The position numbers were made by a program, and so were the translations under genes. The notes beneath the pieces were generated by a model. It was not told where the DNA came from, ran no database searches, and was given only the letters and a program-made list of their open reading frames with translations. This document shows, piece after piece, positions 13,637-26,122 of a stretch of 51,242 nt of DNA; position 1 is the stretch's first letter, and each line of letters starts with the position of its first letter. Source of the stretch: Reclinomonas americana ATCC 50394 (Eukaryota); the NCBI GenBank assembly GCA_048213135.1, contig PS015208.1, positions 67,291 through 118,532 of the forward strand. The letters run 5' to 3'.

Positions 13637-15360
13637 TCAACGCCAGTCTGTGCAACGTCCACAACGTGTGTGAGCAACGGTGTGCGCCTTGCAAGCAGGA
13701 CCACGTTAACGCAACGGCCGTGGTGGTGACGGAAGTGCTCCTTGATGCGGTGCTTGACGGCCTTGTCCCAGAGGAATCCGCTGCAGGTGCGTAGAGATGA
13801 GATGGGAGTGAGGCAGTAAGTGGCAAGGACATGCGATCTCACCGCAGGCGACACTCTGCATCACAAAGCACCGTCAGCGTTCTTATTGAGCATGTCAACA
13901 AGGGGGGCAGACAACAACGCACCTCGCTTGATCTGCTTGAGCACTCGGCGAGCCTCGTGATGACTCTGCGTGCACCGCGCATGTGAGATGCAAAAAGAAA
14001 ATGCAGGCTGCTTACCAAATGAGACAAACCATGCACGACAAGTCGCCGTACGCCTCTGTGTTTCAGTAGAACATGCGAGTGAGACACGTGTCGCGGTAGT
14101 TCGAGCGGAGGAGAGACAGTCACTCACCAAAGCCCGGCTGTTCAAAGGCAGCGAGACACACACAGACAACAGGTAAGTAACACACGCACAGAGCATCACA
14201 CGTGGCTCGTCATTTCCTGCGCAACATAGTACAGGCCACCACGCTGCATCGATGTAAAACGGATGAGCACAATTTCACGACCAAGACAAGCGAAGCGACG
14301 ACTCTCACCGACACCGGTCGAGTCTCCACCACCACCACTGGCTGTGGCGGCGGTGCGTAATACACGGGCTGCGTCGGTGGCGGATAGTACTGCGGCTGCG
14401 GCGGTGGATAGTACTGCGGCTGTGGCGGTGGGTAGTACGACGACGGAGCGGGAGCCACCTGCGGATGCGCCGGGGCGGCGTACTGTGGCTGCGGAGGCGG
14501 GTAGTACTGCTGCTGCTGTGGCGGTGGATAGTACTGTTGCTGCTGCTGCGGCGGCGGCGGCGGCGCATACTGCTGCGAGTAATCATACTGCGGTTGCGCC
14601 GGAGCATACTGCGGCTGCGCGGGTGCGTATTGCGGCGGCGGCGGCTGCTGCTGTTGTGGCGGCGGTGGCGGCGGCGCATAGTGCTGCGAGTAGTCGTACT
14701 GCGGCGCCACAGGAGTCTGCTGTTGCGGCTGCTCACAGTCGGCGATCAGAAAACGGAACCCACAGTAGTCATGCAAGAACTGATCGAGACCTGATAGTAC
14801 CCAGACGCCGGCTGATGCGCCGAGTCGTATGCCGGTGGCGGCGGCAGTGGTGCCGGCGGCTGACTCACCGCAGGCGCAGCCGGAGCCGGAGCCGGAGCCG
14901 CCGGTGCCGTGTTGTACACAATCACAGTCGGCGCGGCCGCCGGCAGAGCCGGTGCCGGTGTGGCGGCTGCTGCGGCCACTGCTGGCGCCGAGGGAGCCTG
15001 TATTGGAAACAGCATATGAGACACACAAAGTCGTGGGTGAACCGTACGTGTCTCTCACCATTCGCATCGGTGTCAACTGGCAGTCAGATGATGATTGATT
15101 TTGAGTGAGAGGATTGATTGCACAATTTGAACTCTCTGTTTTACACACCGTGCTTGGCTCTGGGGCTGCTGCGGCGCTTGCACTGCCATTGATCACATAG
15201 GCAGCGGCTGCAGTTGGCGAGGGATTGGGTGTGGTGGTTGTCTGGCCCTGCAACACAAGAGGTCATGACGTGCGCGCGCGTGCGAAGGGGGTGAGAGGGA
15301 GAGAGGGGGACAGCGCGCAACTCCGCCACCGACAGCCGCGAGGAAGTTGCCGCCGCTCAT
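13637..15360 (-). CDS. Pro/Gln/Tyr-rich protein with a small His-rich C-terminal domain
   Basis: MSGGNFLAAVGGG|GQTTT..., YYPPPQPQ repeats, then RGGLYYVAQEMTSH|PGFE|AYGDLSCM|SHHEARRVLKQIKRE|CRLR|GFLWDKAVKHRIKEHFRHHHGH|WR-stop via short exons. Confidence 0.6.
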
Positions 15361-15467
15361 GAGGAAAAGTGATTGTGCTCGGGTTACCGGGTTGCACCGT
15401 CCCCAACTGGCGGCACGGGTTACGCGACACACGCACTTTTGTTACAGACGCTCTCAGTGCACACTCT

Positions 15468-18400
15468 ATGGACGTGGTTGCTGCAGCTGCTGCGGCCGGT
15501 GCAGTGCCGCTGAGCAGTGGGCCACTAACCACCTTTGAAACGTGGTCTGAGGAGGTGCGAGTGATTAACGACTCTCTCTTGTGCACACGCACGCACTCTC
15601 TCTCACACACACACACACACCTCTGCAGGCAACATCATTGCGTGAAGTCGTCGACACACTTGCGCATGTGCTGCGTGCGATTCATGAGGCGATTGAGTCG
15701 CCTTCGTCGGCACTGTCGACCTCGTCGGCAGCTGTGGCCGAACTGAGTGTCACCAATCAGGCGACGGCACAGGGCGTGCCCACTGGCGAGCAGATTGACG
15801 AGTTGTTTGCCATGGTCGACACGCTGTTGCTCAGCGACACGACGGCCGCGCGGTTGCGGTACTTGGTGTTTGACTCGAACCCCGGTCTCCTGCCCGTGCT
15901 CTTCTCCTACATTTGCACCACCATTGCCTCGCCGCTGTCGCAAATGTCGGTGACGGAGGGCGCGGATGAGTCGAGCAGTGCGACGAGTTTGGAGAACCAT
16001 GTGCTGTTTCGATTGCTGACGCAGGCGCGATTGCGGGCCCTCTCGGTGCTCATTGAGCTCCTGTTGCTGTGCTCTGGGCGCTACGGGCGTCAGCACGTGC
16101 TGCACGTGGAGTTGCGTGTGCGCGTAGCACACACTTACACATATTGATCTGCGTCTCACACGCTGTGTGCACACAGCGACGAGTATGTGCATTTGGCCCG
16201 ATTGTCGGTGCAAAAAATTGTCGACGAGGAGGGAGTGTATGCGTTGCTCGAGTGCTCTCAGGCCGACATTGTGGACGAAGTGCGCCTGCAGTGTGCGCAG
16301 TCGCTGCATCTCATCGCGTCGTCGGGTGAAATGGGTCGCCTGGCGTTGGTGGTGCAAAAGGGACTCGAGTACTTTTTGCGTTCGCTCGATCTGGAGACGG
16401 TGCCGCTGGTGCGCGTGCACGTGGCGCAGGCGCTCGCCTTTATGAGCCGCTCGTGTGTGGATGAGATTGTGCATGGCGACACGGTCAAGGTACGCGACAT
16501 GCTCGGCGATTGTATTTGTGTTTGTGTGCGAGCTCGCACTTACCATGCGGTGTGTGGGGGTGTTAGACGATTCTGCGATTTTGGAAGTTGGACTCGCTGC
16601 CAGCAGTTCGCGCATCTTCTGCTCGCGTCCTCTGCAAGGTGGCCGAGGTGTACACGGAGGCGTTCCCGTTCCTCATTCGCCAGGACGCCACTTTCCTCAC
16701 CGACTTGCAGACGCAACTCGGCACGGAGACCAATCTCGAGGTGCGCGGAGAACGACTTATCTTTTTCCCCTTTTTTCCGTTGCGTGCTGTGCTGACACTG
16801 TAGCGGCAGGTCTTGGAGGCCACACTGGAGTTGGTAACGACGCTGCTGCGTGGCGGTCGCGGTCAGACCGTGGCCACCTCGCTGGTCTCGGTCGGCATGT
16901 GGCAGCAGGTTGCAGACTGGTGCGTGCTGTCTCCAGAATCGATCTGCACAAGTTGCTTGCTTCCGCTCACACTTCGTCTCCATCTCAGCATCTCGCTGGA
17001 ACCCGCCACGGCGGTGGTGGCTGTGCGTGCACTGCGCTCTCTGCTGGATGTGTCGCCGCCAGATTTGGAGCTCGGCAACCGCATCTTCCAGCATTTCCAG
17101 GTGTTCTCCACGCTGCTGCAAGCCGTCATGGAGGAGGATGTTGACGACCCAGTTGCGCACTCTTTCTTGTTGATGAGAGATTGTTGATTATCTCGCCCTG
17201 TTCCGCTCACTGCTCCCGTGCAGGAGTTGGTGTTGCTGCAGCGCACACTGCGCACCGAGCTCGCCGTGTGCATTGGCATTTTGCTGGTGCAGTACCCGTC
17301 ATGCCGCATCCACTTGCGAAAGGAGTTGGCGGTGCTGCCGACGTGGATGGTCAGTGTGCGCAAGTCACTGCTGCACACGCTGTCGTTTGCGCAAGTGGAC
17401 CAGTTCCGAGGGGTTGTTATTGTCGACTGCACGGGAGCGCCGGTGAATGTGGTACCGACGGCGCCGGGCATGGACGATGTGGCCACCAAGGCTCGCCTCG
17501 TCATTCTCGCACAGGAGAAGCGTGTCGGTTTCTCCACGGGTGTGGTGGCCATGGATGACAAATCGCCGCGTTCCACGAGTGGTGAGTGGTGCAGAGCTGC
17601 GTCGCCCCATGTGTTTTCGCTCATCGCGTCGGAGGGAACAGGCCGCTCTGCGTCGTCCATCGTCATCTCGGAGATGTCCGAGGGTGCAAGTGACGCCGGC
17701 TATGAGGCCTACGTGCCGCCTTCCTCAGCTCGCAAGCTGTCGCAAGAGGAGGAGCAGGCTGCGTTCACGCTGGGTCTTTTGCGATGTTTCGTACAACTGG
17801 CAGTTGATCCCCTTCCCCCAGGCGATTTGTGGTTTGCTTACGTTGCTGTCGCAGGGACCATTGGACGCACACTGCGTTCGTCGACCGCCGATCAGCCGCA
17901 TCCAGATCTGGGCGCCAGCCCGGCACCGCGGTACGATCCTCACCAGCATGGTCCGCGCCCACTCGGCAGCGCACCATACCACCCACAGAACGAACCCGGA
18001 AGCCCCACCGGTGAGTGACAGCCGGAGAGAAAGGGTCAAGAGAGACGCTAGACGTAGTCCCTTGCTGTTGTGCTCTCTCTCCCCTTCTTCTTCTTCCTCT
18101 CTTCCTGTTCGTGTTCTTCCTGCTCTCTTTTATTGGTGCCAACACAAGTGATTGTTGCGTTGCAGACGGCGAGGATCCGGTCGCGGCTCTGTCGCTGAGT
18201 GCACGCTCCAGCATGCGGCAAACATCGCCCATGTCCAGCGCATCTCGCCCGCAAGACTTCCGTCGCAAGCACACGGGCACTGGAGGCGCTGCCGTGTCGA
18301 TGCTTCTGACCTCACCGCAGCCGCCGCCGCGCATTGTGCACTCGGAGGCACCGCCGTCTGCGAGTTCCACGCCACCACCCATTCGCATTCAGCGGAGTGT

Positions 18401-21400
18401 CGGCGGGCGCAGTGAGAACGGTGGCGCTGGTGTGCGCTACCTGAACGGCAGTGGCCTTCAGGGGGCGCATTCTGAGCCGCAAAGCGCACGCTCACTGGAG
18501 GTGTCGATGACAGAGGAGGTTTGTGTGCGGCTGTGGGGAAAGACAAAGACAAACGGAAACACAGAGAGGGTGTGCTGACGGCCCTGCGATGTGTAGGGTG
18601 TGTCGGCTCCTCACACAGAGGTCTCGTCGCTCGCGCCGGTGACGCACTTGGTGGCCGACGATGGCTCCAGTCCGCGTCTGTCGGAGAGCAATGCCGGTGA
18701 CGTGTTGGATGAGTACCATGCGGAGTTGGAGCAGTATCAGCAGGATGAGCGATTCGGGGCTGATTTGGCGGCGCTGAGGTTTGTGTGCAGACGTGCGTGA
18801 GAAAGACAGCGTTGGTGCGTGCCACTCAACAATAGAAACAGCTCTGGATCGCGACCGCTGTACTCGCCGGGTGAGCCCATCGAGTCGGAGGCCGAGTTGC
18901 GTGCCCGCCTAAAGGCGCTGCTGGAAAAGGAGCGCGAGGAGGACATGCGCTTCGAGGAGACACGCATCACGCTGCGCAAGCTCCTGCTGTACGATCCTGC
19001 CATCTCGGCGAACGAGCGCGCGGCCATTGGCACTGCGCTTGCCAATGCCACGCCTGGTGAGTGCCATTCACGCGTGTGCGTGGACGATCTATTGTGGCTG
19101 AAACGTTGATGGTGTTGCAGTTCCGGAGATTGGTCAAGTGTCGTTCTCCGAGTTTGTGCGCACCGAGATGCACCGCTCGGGCAACCTGCAGCGCATCGAC
19201 CCCATGGTGCATTTCGCGATTGTGCTTTTTTTATTTTAGTTGACAGCTTCTCACGGCGCTGCCCTTCTTTTTCCGTGGCAGATGTACACGTACGACCTGA
19301 CAGAGGATGGTCTCGTGCGACGCACCCGATCGCCTGCTCGTGGACCCGACAGCGGCGCTGCTGCTGGGCGAGCGAATCTCGGCGTGCAACGTCGACGGAG
19401 GGATCAGAGGCCGCAGCAGGTGATTATCAAGGGCAAGCCACAGCGGTGGACGGCAGCAGATGTGCGCACCGGTGACTACTTGGATCTCAACATGCCGTAC
19501 ACGGAGTTGACGGAGAGCAAGGCGGAGCTGCTGCACAAGCGCTACTCGAAGCACATGATTCGCATTCAGAAGGAGATCACCATCTGTCCGGGCACGCAGA
19601 AGGGTCGGCGAGCGTTCCTCACCTACTTGAAGGGCGAGCAGGCCAAGTTTCGCGACCCTGTTGATTGTCTTACTGTTGATGCGTTGTGGAGGGCATGCTT
19701 GCTGATTCTGTGTGCGCAGATTGGTGGAAGCCATGGCCGCTCTGGTGCAGCTGGTGAACAAGGTCGGCGCGCAGGCAGTCATCGATGTGTTCCCGTCGCT
19801 GTTCCCGCACCAGCCGTGCTTCACGCACGACAACATGATCGACGTGGTTGCCGTGCTCTCCACATGTTGCGTTTTTTTTTTCCTGCGGCTTCTTCATTCG
19901 TCGGCATCCGTGCTCACCGCACTTGCGCAGATGAACCGTTTGCGAAACCGAAAGAGGAGGAAGTGGTGGTGGTGGAACCAGAGCAGCAGGAGGAGAAGAG
20001 CTCCTCGAATGACGAAAGCGCAGCGGCACCGGCAGCCAACGGCGACAGCAACGCACCGACAAGTGCCGCCGCTGATGGTGAGCACAGTGCACCATAGTCG
20101 TCATCGCATGCATGTGTGTTTGTGTTCTCCTGCCTCGCCAGTGTAGTTGGGGTAGTTTTGCATTTTTCTCTCGATCGCTCGTTCTCATTGTGCGTGCCCG
20201 CAATTTTACACTCAGCTGCATCCACAATCGGGCCACCGCCGCCCCTGGTAGACGGGCCGCACCCGCCGCCGACGGCAACCGAGACGCAGGCGCAGTCGCC
20301 ACATTCACCGCAGTCGCCCTCGGCAACCGGCGCTCCGCCAATCACGGACATCCCGCTGCAGCCGACGGCGGCAGTGCACATCCCGCCGCTGCAACTGCAG
20401 CAGCAGACGTCGCCGCCACCGATGCGTCAGCCATCGCCGCAATCGGCAGNNNNNNNNNNNNNNNNNNNNNNNNNNNNNNNNNNNNNNNNNNNNNNNNNNN
20501 NNNNNNNNNNNNNNNNNNNNNNNNNNNNNNNNNNNNNNNNNNNNNNNNNNNNNNNNNNNNNNNNNNNNNNNNNNNNNNNNNNNNNNNNNNNNNNNNNNNN
20601 NNNNNNNNNNNNNNNNNNNNNNNNNNNNNNNNNNNNNNNNNNNNNNNNNNNNNNNNNNNNNNNNNNNNNNNNNNNNNNNNNNNNNNNNNNNNNNNNNNNN
20701 NNNNNNNNNNNNNNNNNNNNNNNNNNNNNNNNNNNNNNNNNNNNNNNNNNNNNNNNNNNNNNNNNNNNNNNNNNNNNNNNNNNNNNNNNNNNNNNNNNNN
20801 NNNNNNNNNNNNNNNNNNNNNNNNNNNNNNNNNNNNNNNNNNNNNNNNNNNNNNNNNNNNNNNNNNNNNNNGCCGCACTGAACTGCTGTGCCTGCTTGGC
20901 GGGTTCTGCGGCGACCACGACATGTTGCTGCTGCTGCTGTTGAGCTGCTGCTGCTGCTGCCACTGGCTTGGCTTCCACTGGTGCTGGTGCTGGTGCAGGT
21001 GCTGGCGCCGCAGCAGGCTTGACCTCGACTGGCGCTGGTGCGGGTGCGGGCGCTGGTGCCTTGACTTCCACAGGTGCCGGCGCGGGTGCTGGCGCCTTGA
21101 CTTCCACAGGTGCCGGCGAAGGCTGCCGGACTGGCGACTGGGGTACAGTCGCAGCCGCAGCAGCCGCAGCAGCGGCACCTCCAACCGGCGACGGCTGCCG
21201 AATCGGCGAAGACATGGCCAGCTGGGCCGCCTGAGCCGNNNNNNNNNNNNNNNNNNNNGCACGCAGCACCGGCCGCCGTTGTGGTGCAACAGCAGCTGCA
21301 GGCGGCAGCAGAGGAGGAAGAAGAGGAGTTGGTGGCCATCGAGGCATCACAGCCACCGGCTGCTGCGCCTGGACCGGCTGCGGTCTCGCCCAACTCGGAG

Positions 21401-24239
21401 TCATCTGCGCGGTCAGTCTTTGGTGTCAGGTGTTTCTTCTGCACTTCTCACTCAACTGCGTTCCTTTTTTTGTGACAGTCGTCTGAGCGAGGGCAGCTTG
21501 CCGGAACCAGAGAGTCTCCAGTCGGGTGTTCCTCGCATTCAACACGTTTGTCACCATCACCTTGTGTGCTTGCATAGCCGTGATGCGTGAATTCGCTGAC
21601 TCTGTTGATGTTGATGTGCGATTAGTCGCCGGCCATGCCGAGTGTTCCATCGACGCCAATCGTGATGGCTGGCGCCGACGATCGGAATGGAGAAAGCTCT
21701 CCCCCGAGCTCGTCGGCCGCAAGTCCGGCAGCGTCGCCGCGCGACAATGAATCCGATCAGGACAAGGTGCGCTGCTTCTGTCTCTCTCGTTGTTCGTTGG
21801 TGATGTCGACCTCACTCTTGTGCTGCAGATCAAGCAACGTATCCGCGAGAAACTCGAGGCTCGCAAGCGTCTGCGCAACAGTGGCTCGGCGTCTCCATCC
21901 GATTCGCCAACCCCGGAACCGTCCAGCAGTCCGATTGTGCTCGACGCGTCTGCTGCTCGGAAGGTGAGAGAGAGACAGAGTCAGGGCGGGTGCTGCATCG
22001 TGGATGGTCTGCTGACACACCCACGCCACAGCCGTTCGGTGACGATTCCACTGGCACGGCGTCGGAGATGACACCGGATCCGAGCCCGCGACCGGACGGA
22101 GCGAGTGGCTCAGCAGCGGGAGGCTTTGAGATTGTCTCGGGTGTGTGTCATGGACGGCTGAAGATCCCGCGTGGATTTAATCGAGGTGCGACGCACGCAA
22201 CAAGGCCGGATTTTTTTTGCGATCACTTAAGTCTCACATCTCCTGTGACAGATGTGCCGCCTGCCTTGCGTGAGGTGCTGGCGGAGAATCTCGACGTGTT
22301 GTGCGAGGGCGAGACGGACGGCTGGAGGCATGTGTTCCTCTCCTACGACAGTCCCTTTGACGACATTTCTAGCAAGTTGCGTACATCAGTGTACCCCGCC
22401 ACGCCGATGCATTCTCCGGCACACGCTCACTCAACTCACTCCTCTCGTGTGTCTGCGTGCAGGTTGACGGCGCAGTTGAAGAAGGACATGTGGCGCAACA
22501 AGAGTGACCGCGAGGCGCCGCTGCCTGGCCCACAAGGAACCGTGCGTCGCTTCTCCTTGTGTGCCGTGTTTGTTACAACGCTGACGTTCGATGCCTGCAG
22601 CTGAGGTGTCGTACTATTATGACGACAAAGCGTGACGTGGACGCCCAGATTACACTGCTCGGTTCGGAGACGGCAGTGGCTCTCTCGGTGGTGCAAATCC
22701 CGCCATCCAAGGTCGATTTTGTGCCGTCGGAGGGCATGCAGATTGTGTGTGCAACCAAGGCTGCGGTGGCCAAGATGCAAACCTTGATGGAGAACCACGC
22801 CGCTAGCGCCGGCGCTCGGACCGTGCAATTCACGTATCAGTGCGACGACGACTATTTCGCCACGGCGCGAAAGCTGCACTGGGTGCAGCGTCTGGGCGTG
22901 CCAACGTCAATCACCTCGCTCGCTCCCATTGCCAGTCTGGTCAACCTGCGAGTGTTGCAGGTGGCGTCGCGTCGAATCACCTCCCTGACACCTGTGGCTG
23001 GCCTCGGTGAGAGCGTTGTAGTGGTGGCTAGAGTACTTGTCAACTGAACTCACTCACATGCGCACTTGCCTGCGTGTGTGCAGCCAATCTCGAGGAACTG
23101 GAGCTGCGATCTGTGTGCGCCCAACCTGGAACCCCGCCCATGGACCTGGCACCACTGGCCTCGTTGCGGCGGTTGACAGTGCTGAGGCTCGATGGCTGCA
23201 ACATTTGCAATGCCGATGCTGGTCTCGCCAACAAGCCTGCGCTGACGGCGCTGTCAATGCGCGGCACAAATGTCACCTCGGTGGACGCACTGCGCTCCAT
23301 CCCGACGATGAGAGACTTGGATCTGTCGGAGTGCACACAACTCACCGACCTGGGTCCACTGCTGGAGTTGGCCAATCTGGTGCGTCTGTGCTTGGCCGGA
23401 ACCGCTGTACCCGCGTCCTTTGTCAACAGCATGGAGAGCATGGCTGGTTCGTCTATCGTCTGTCTTTGTTAGATTTGTGTGGATGAGTGAGTTAATAATG
23501 CGTGGTGCGCAGGGTCGGCATTCCCGTTGCTGGAGGAGCTCGACGTGTCGGCCGACCCGAAGAAGCTGGTGCCGAATGCGGTGCGTGACTTGTCAATGGT
23601 GTCGGGCTCGACGTCGATGAAGAAGCTGTCGCTGTGCCACTGCGCGTCGCTGCAAGGTACACCTGTTTGCTGTACGAGTGTCTTTTTTTCACATACTCAC
23701 GGGGGTGGTCGACGCAGACATTCGTGAGATTGTGAATCTGGCCAACCTCATCGAGTTGCACTTGGACCACACACGACTGGCAGACGTGGGCGCGCTCGGC
23801 TCGCTGCAGCATCTGCAGGTGCTGTCGTTGCTGGGATGCACCTCTGTTGACAATGTTCGCATGCTGGCGCGATCGGCCAAGCTCGTCGACCTGGACGTGT
23901 CGTTGACGGCCACGAGCGATTTGAGTCCTCTCACTGGTGCGTCTTGCACTTGTCCGCCACCTCTTGTGAGCATGGCCACTCATGTATTGTACAGGTCTGA
24001 AGATGCTGAAGCGTCTGGCGTTCCACGGCACACCGGTGCGCTCGCTGGAGGCACTGGGCGAGCTGACGAAGCTGACCACCATTGACGCCCGTGGCACGGC
24101 AATCACTGAGGGCGATCTGGAGTTGTTGAAGCCGCTGATGCGCACGTTGACGGAGCTGAAACTGCCGGCACGGCTGCGCGAACACGTCTCTTCGGTGCAG
24201 TCGGCGTCGCCGCGACTCAAGATCGAGTTCGACGAGTGA
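15468..24239 (+). CDS. Large protein: N-terminal ARM/HEAT-like helical repeats, low-complexity middle, C-terminal LRRs (may be two genes)
   Basis: More than 20 GT-AG introns link frames from MDVVAAAA to LKIEFDE-stop. ARM-like segments (IVDEEGVYALLECS, VVQKGLEYFLRSL) and internalin-like LRRs (LTDLGPLLELANLVRLCLAGT, LADVGALGSLQHLQVLSL). Continuity across the two gaps (20450-20871 and 21239-21258) is unproven. Confidence 0.65.
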
Positions 24240-24338
24240 GACACTCCCCTATTTTACGACCAGCCCCGTCATCATGTTTTGAAAAAATCGCAGTGTACCA
24301 TGTGTCCGTTTCTTCTTTTAAAGTACCGCAGTTGTCCA

Positions 24339-26049
24339 TCACACAACAGCATCCTTCGCGAGCTCGGGGAACACTCTCATCACCTTGCCAAGAATGTAGC
24401 GGCCGTACACAATGCCCTCCTTGCCTGCATCCGAGTCCTTGGCTTGCTCGCGCAACAGCTCGGCTGCCTCGGCCAGTTCCTCGGCCGTCAGCGTCACGTT
24501 GCGCGACGCAGCTGCAGTGGCCAGATCCAGAAGTTGCTGCGGCAGCGGGCGCACGACACAGCTGTGTGAAGGCGTCGGTGGTGAGTGTGATAGCCACCAG
24601 AGTGGATGCGGGGCAAACCGGCTCGCAACTCAAATGGCGGATCAAAGAAGAGTGGCATGCTCACTCGGTGGCGGTCCGACCGGTTCCGCACACGGTGCGG
24701 AGTGGCCTTGTAGAGGCCACGAGTCCACGTCTCCAGCATGTCACCTGTCACGAAAAAATGAGACGACTCGTTCCACAGCTGACGTACTACGATTGCAGTG
24801 GCGCACCAATGTTGATGACAAAAGTGCCGTCGATCGGCGGTGCGGCAATCCATTCACCAGTGGAACGGTGCTGCACCTCCAATCCACCAACCTCGTCCTG
24901 TGCACATACGCAGCGAGTCAGACGTGTGAGCAGCACAGGAGGCGTCGATTAAATTTCGACACAGCGCAACTTGCGCGAGAATGGTCAGCTGCAAGAAAGA
25001 CACACACATGCACACGCGCGTGTCAGCAACAGGAGAAGCAAGTTACACTTCCTTCTTCAATAGAGTCGCCACGCACCACTCCATAGTCAGTGTGCACTCC
25101 GCACGACAGTCGCTCGCCGTCCTCCTTGGCGCCGGGCTCGTACTTGCCCTCTGGATCACCCGGGTAGCCAAAGATACGGAACGGAGTGAAAGGCTCTGTG
25201 CGTGTTTGCACCCATGAGCTTGCATGCCACTACCGCCTCGCACTGCCAGAGACAGAACAGCCAGACCAGCTGTGAACGCATCGCGGAAGAATGTTGCCGG
25301 CAGTCCGAGTGACTCGCCAATGTGTTGCATGATCACGTGGCCGAGTCTGCAGCACTCGTGAATCGCCGCGACGGTGGGGGCGAAGGGGGAGCGACAGTCG
25401 ATAGCGCAACTCTGTCATGTCGTGCATGTAGCCCAAAACATCTTGCTTCATCGTCGGGAATTCGTCATCCTTGTCACGCTATGAGGGAAAGAGCACACGA
25501 CAAGGGAGGAGAACAAAGGTCCACTCAACTGGCCACTGATTCGGTCCGTGCATGGGTGTACCGGCAAGCACCAGTGGATGATCCTCCGGCAACTCCGCAC
25601 CATAGTACAGACCTCTGTGCGCCCGCAGTCAACAACAACAACAACCAATCCGAAGATCAGTGTGAAAGACGGAACTGTTTCCAGTCGCGTCGCCCCGATG
25701 TCAGCTCCCCACCAACTTGAAAGTACCCCTGAGAGACAGACAATGAGAGAGAGAGAGAGAGAGCAGCGATCACTGGCGAGTCTCTCTNNNNNNNNNNNNN
25801 NNNNNNNNNNNNNNNNNNNNNNNNNNNNNNNNNNNNNNNNNNNNNNNNNNNNNNNNNNNNNNNNNNNNNNNNNNNNNNNNNNNNNNNNNNNNNNNNNNNN
25901 NNNNNNNNNNNNNNNNNNNNNNNGTGTGTGTGTGTGGTGGGGGGGGGGGGGGGGTTGAGGACACACAGTGAGACATGCAGTGGACGCACTTGTGCGTGCT
26001 CTTCAGCAGTGCACTGGCGATCATGCAGGTCGATCACGGGAAGACTCAT
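24339..26049 (-). CDS. 2-oxoglutarate/Fe(II)-dependent dioxygenase (IPNS/DIOX_N-like)
   Basis: [34 protein letters not shown] (HxD), [23 protein letters not shown] and TPHRV...[10 protein letters not shown]. Confidence 0.92.
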
Positions 26050-26122
26050 GCTTGCGCGTGCGAGTGGAAAGCTTAAGAGTCCTGATAATATGTCCTCTCC
26101 GCGCGTCTGTCACTCTCACACA

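Noticed and set aside
13940-14030. Apparent in-frame TGA (possible selenocysteine) formed by splicing at ttg|GTAAGC
   Set aside because: The upstream donor atg|GTTTGT gives a clean open frame, and no SECIS evidence was seen.
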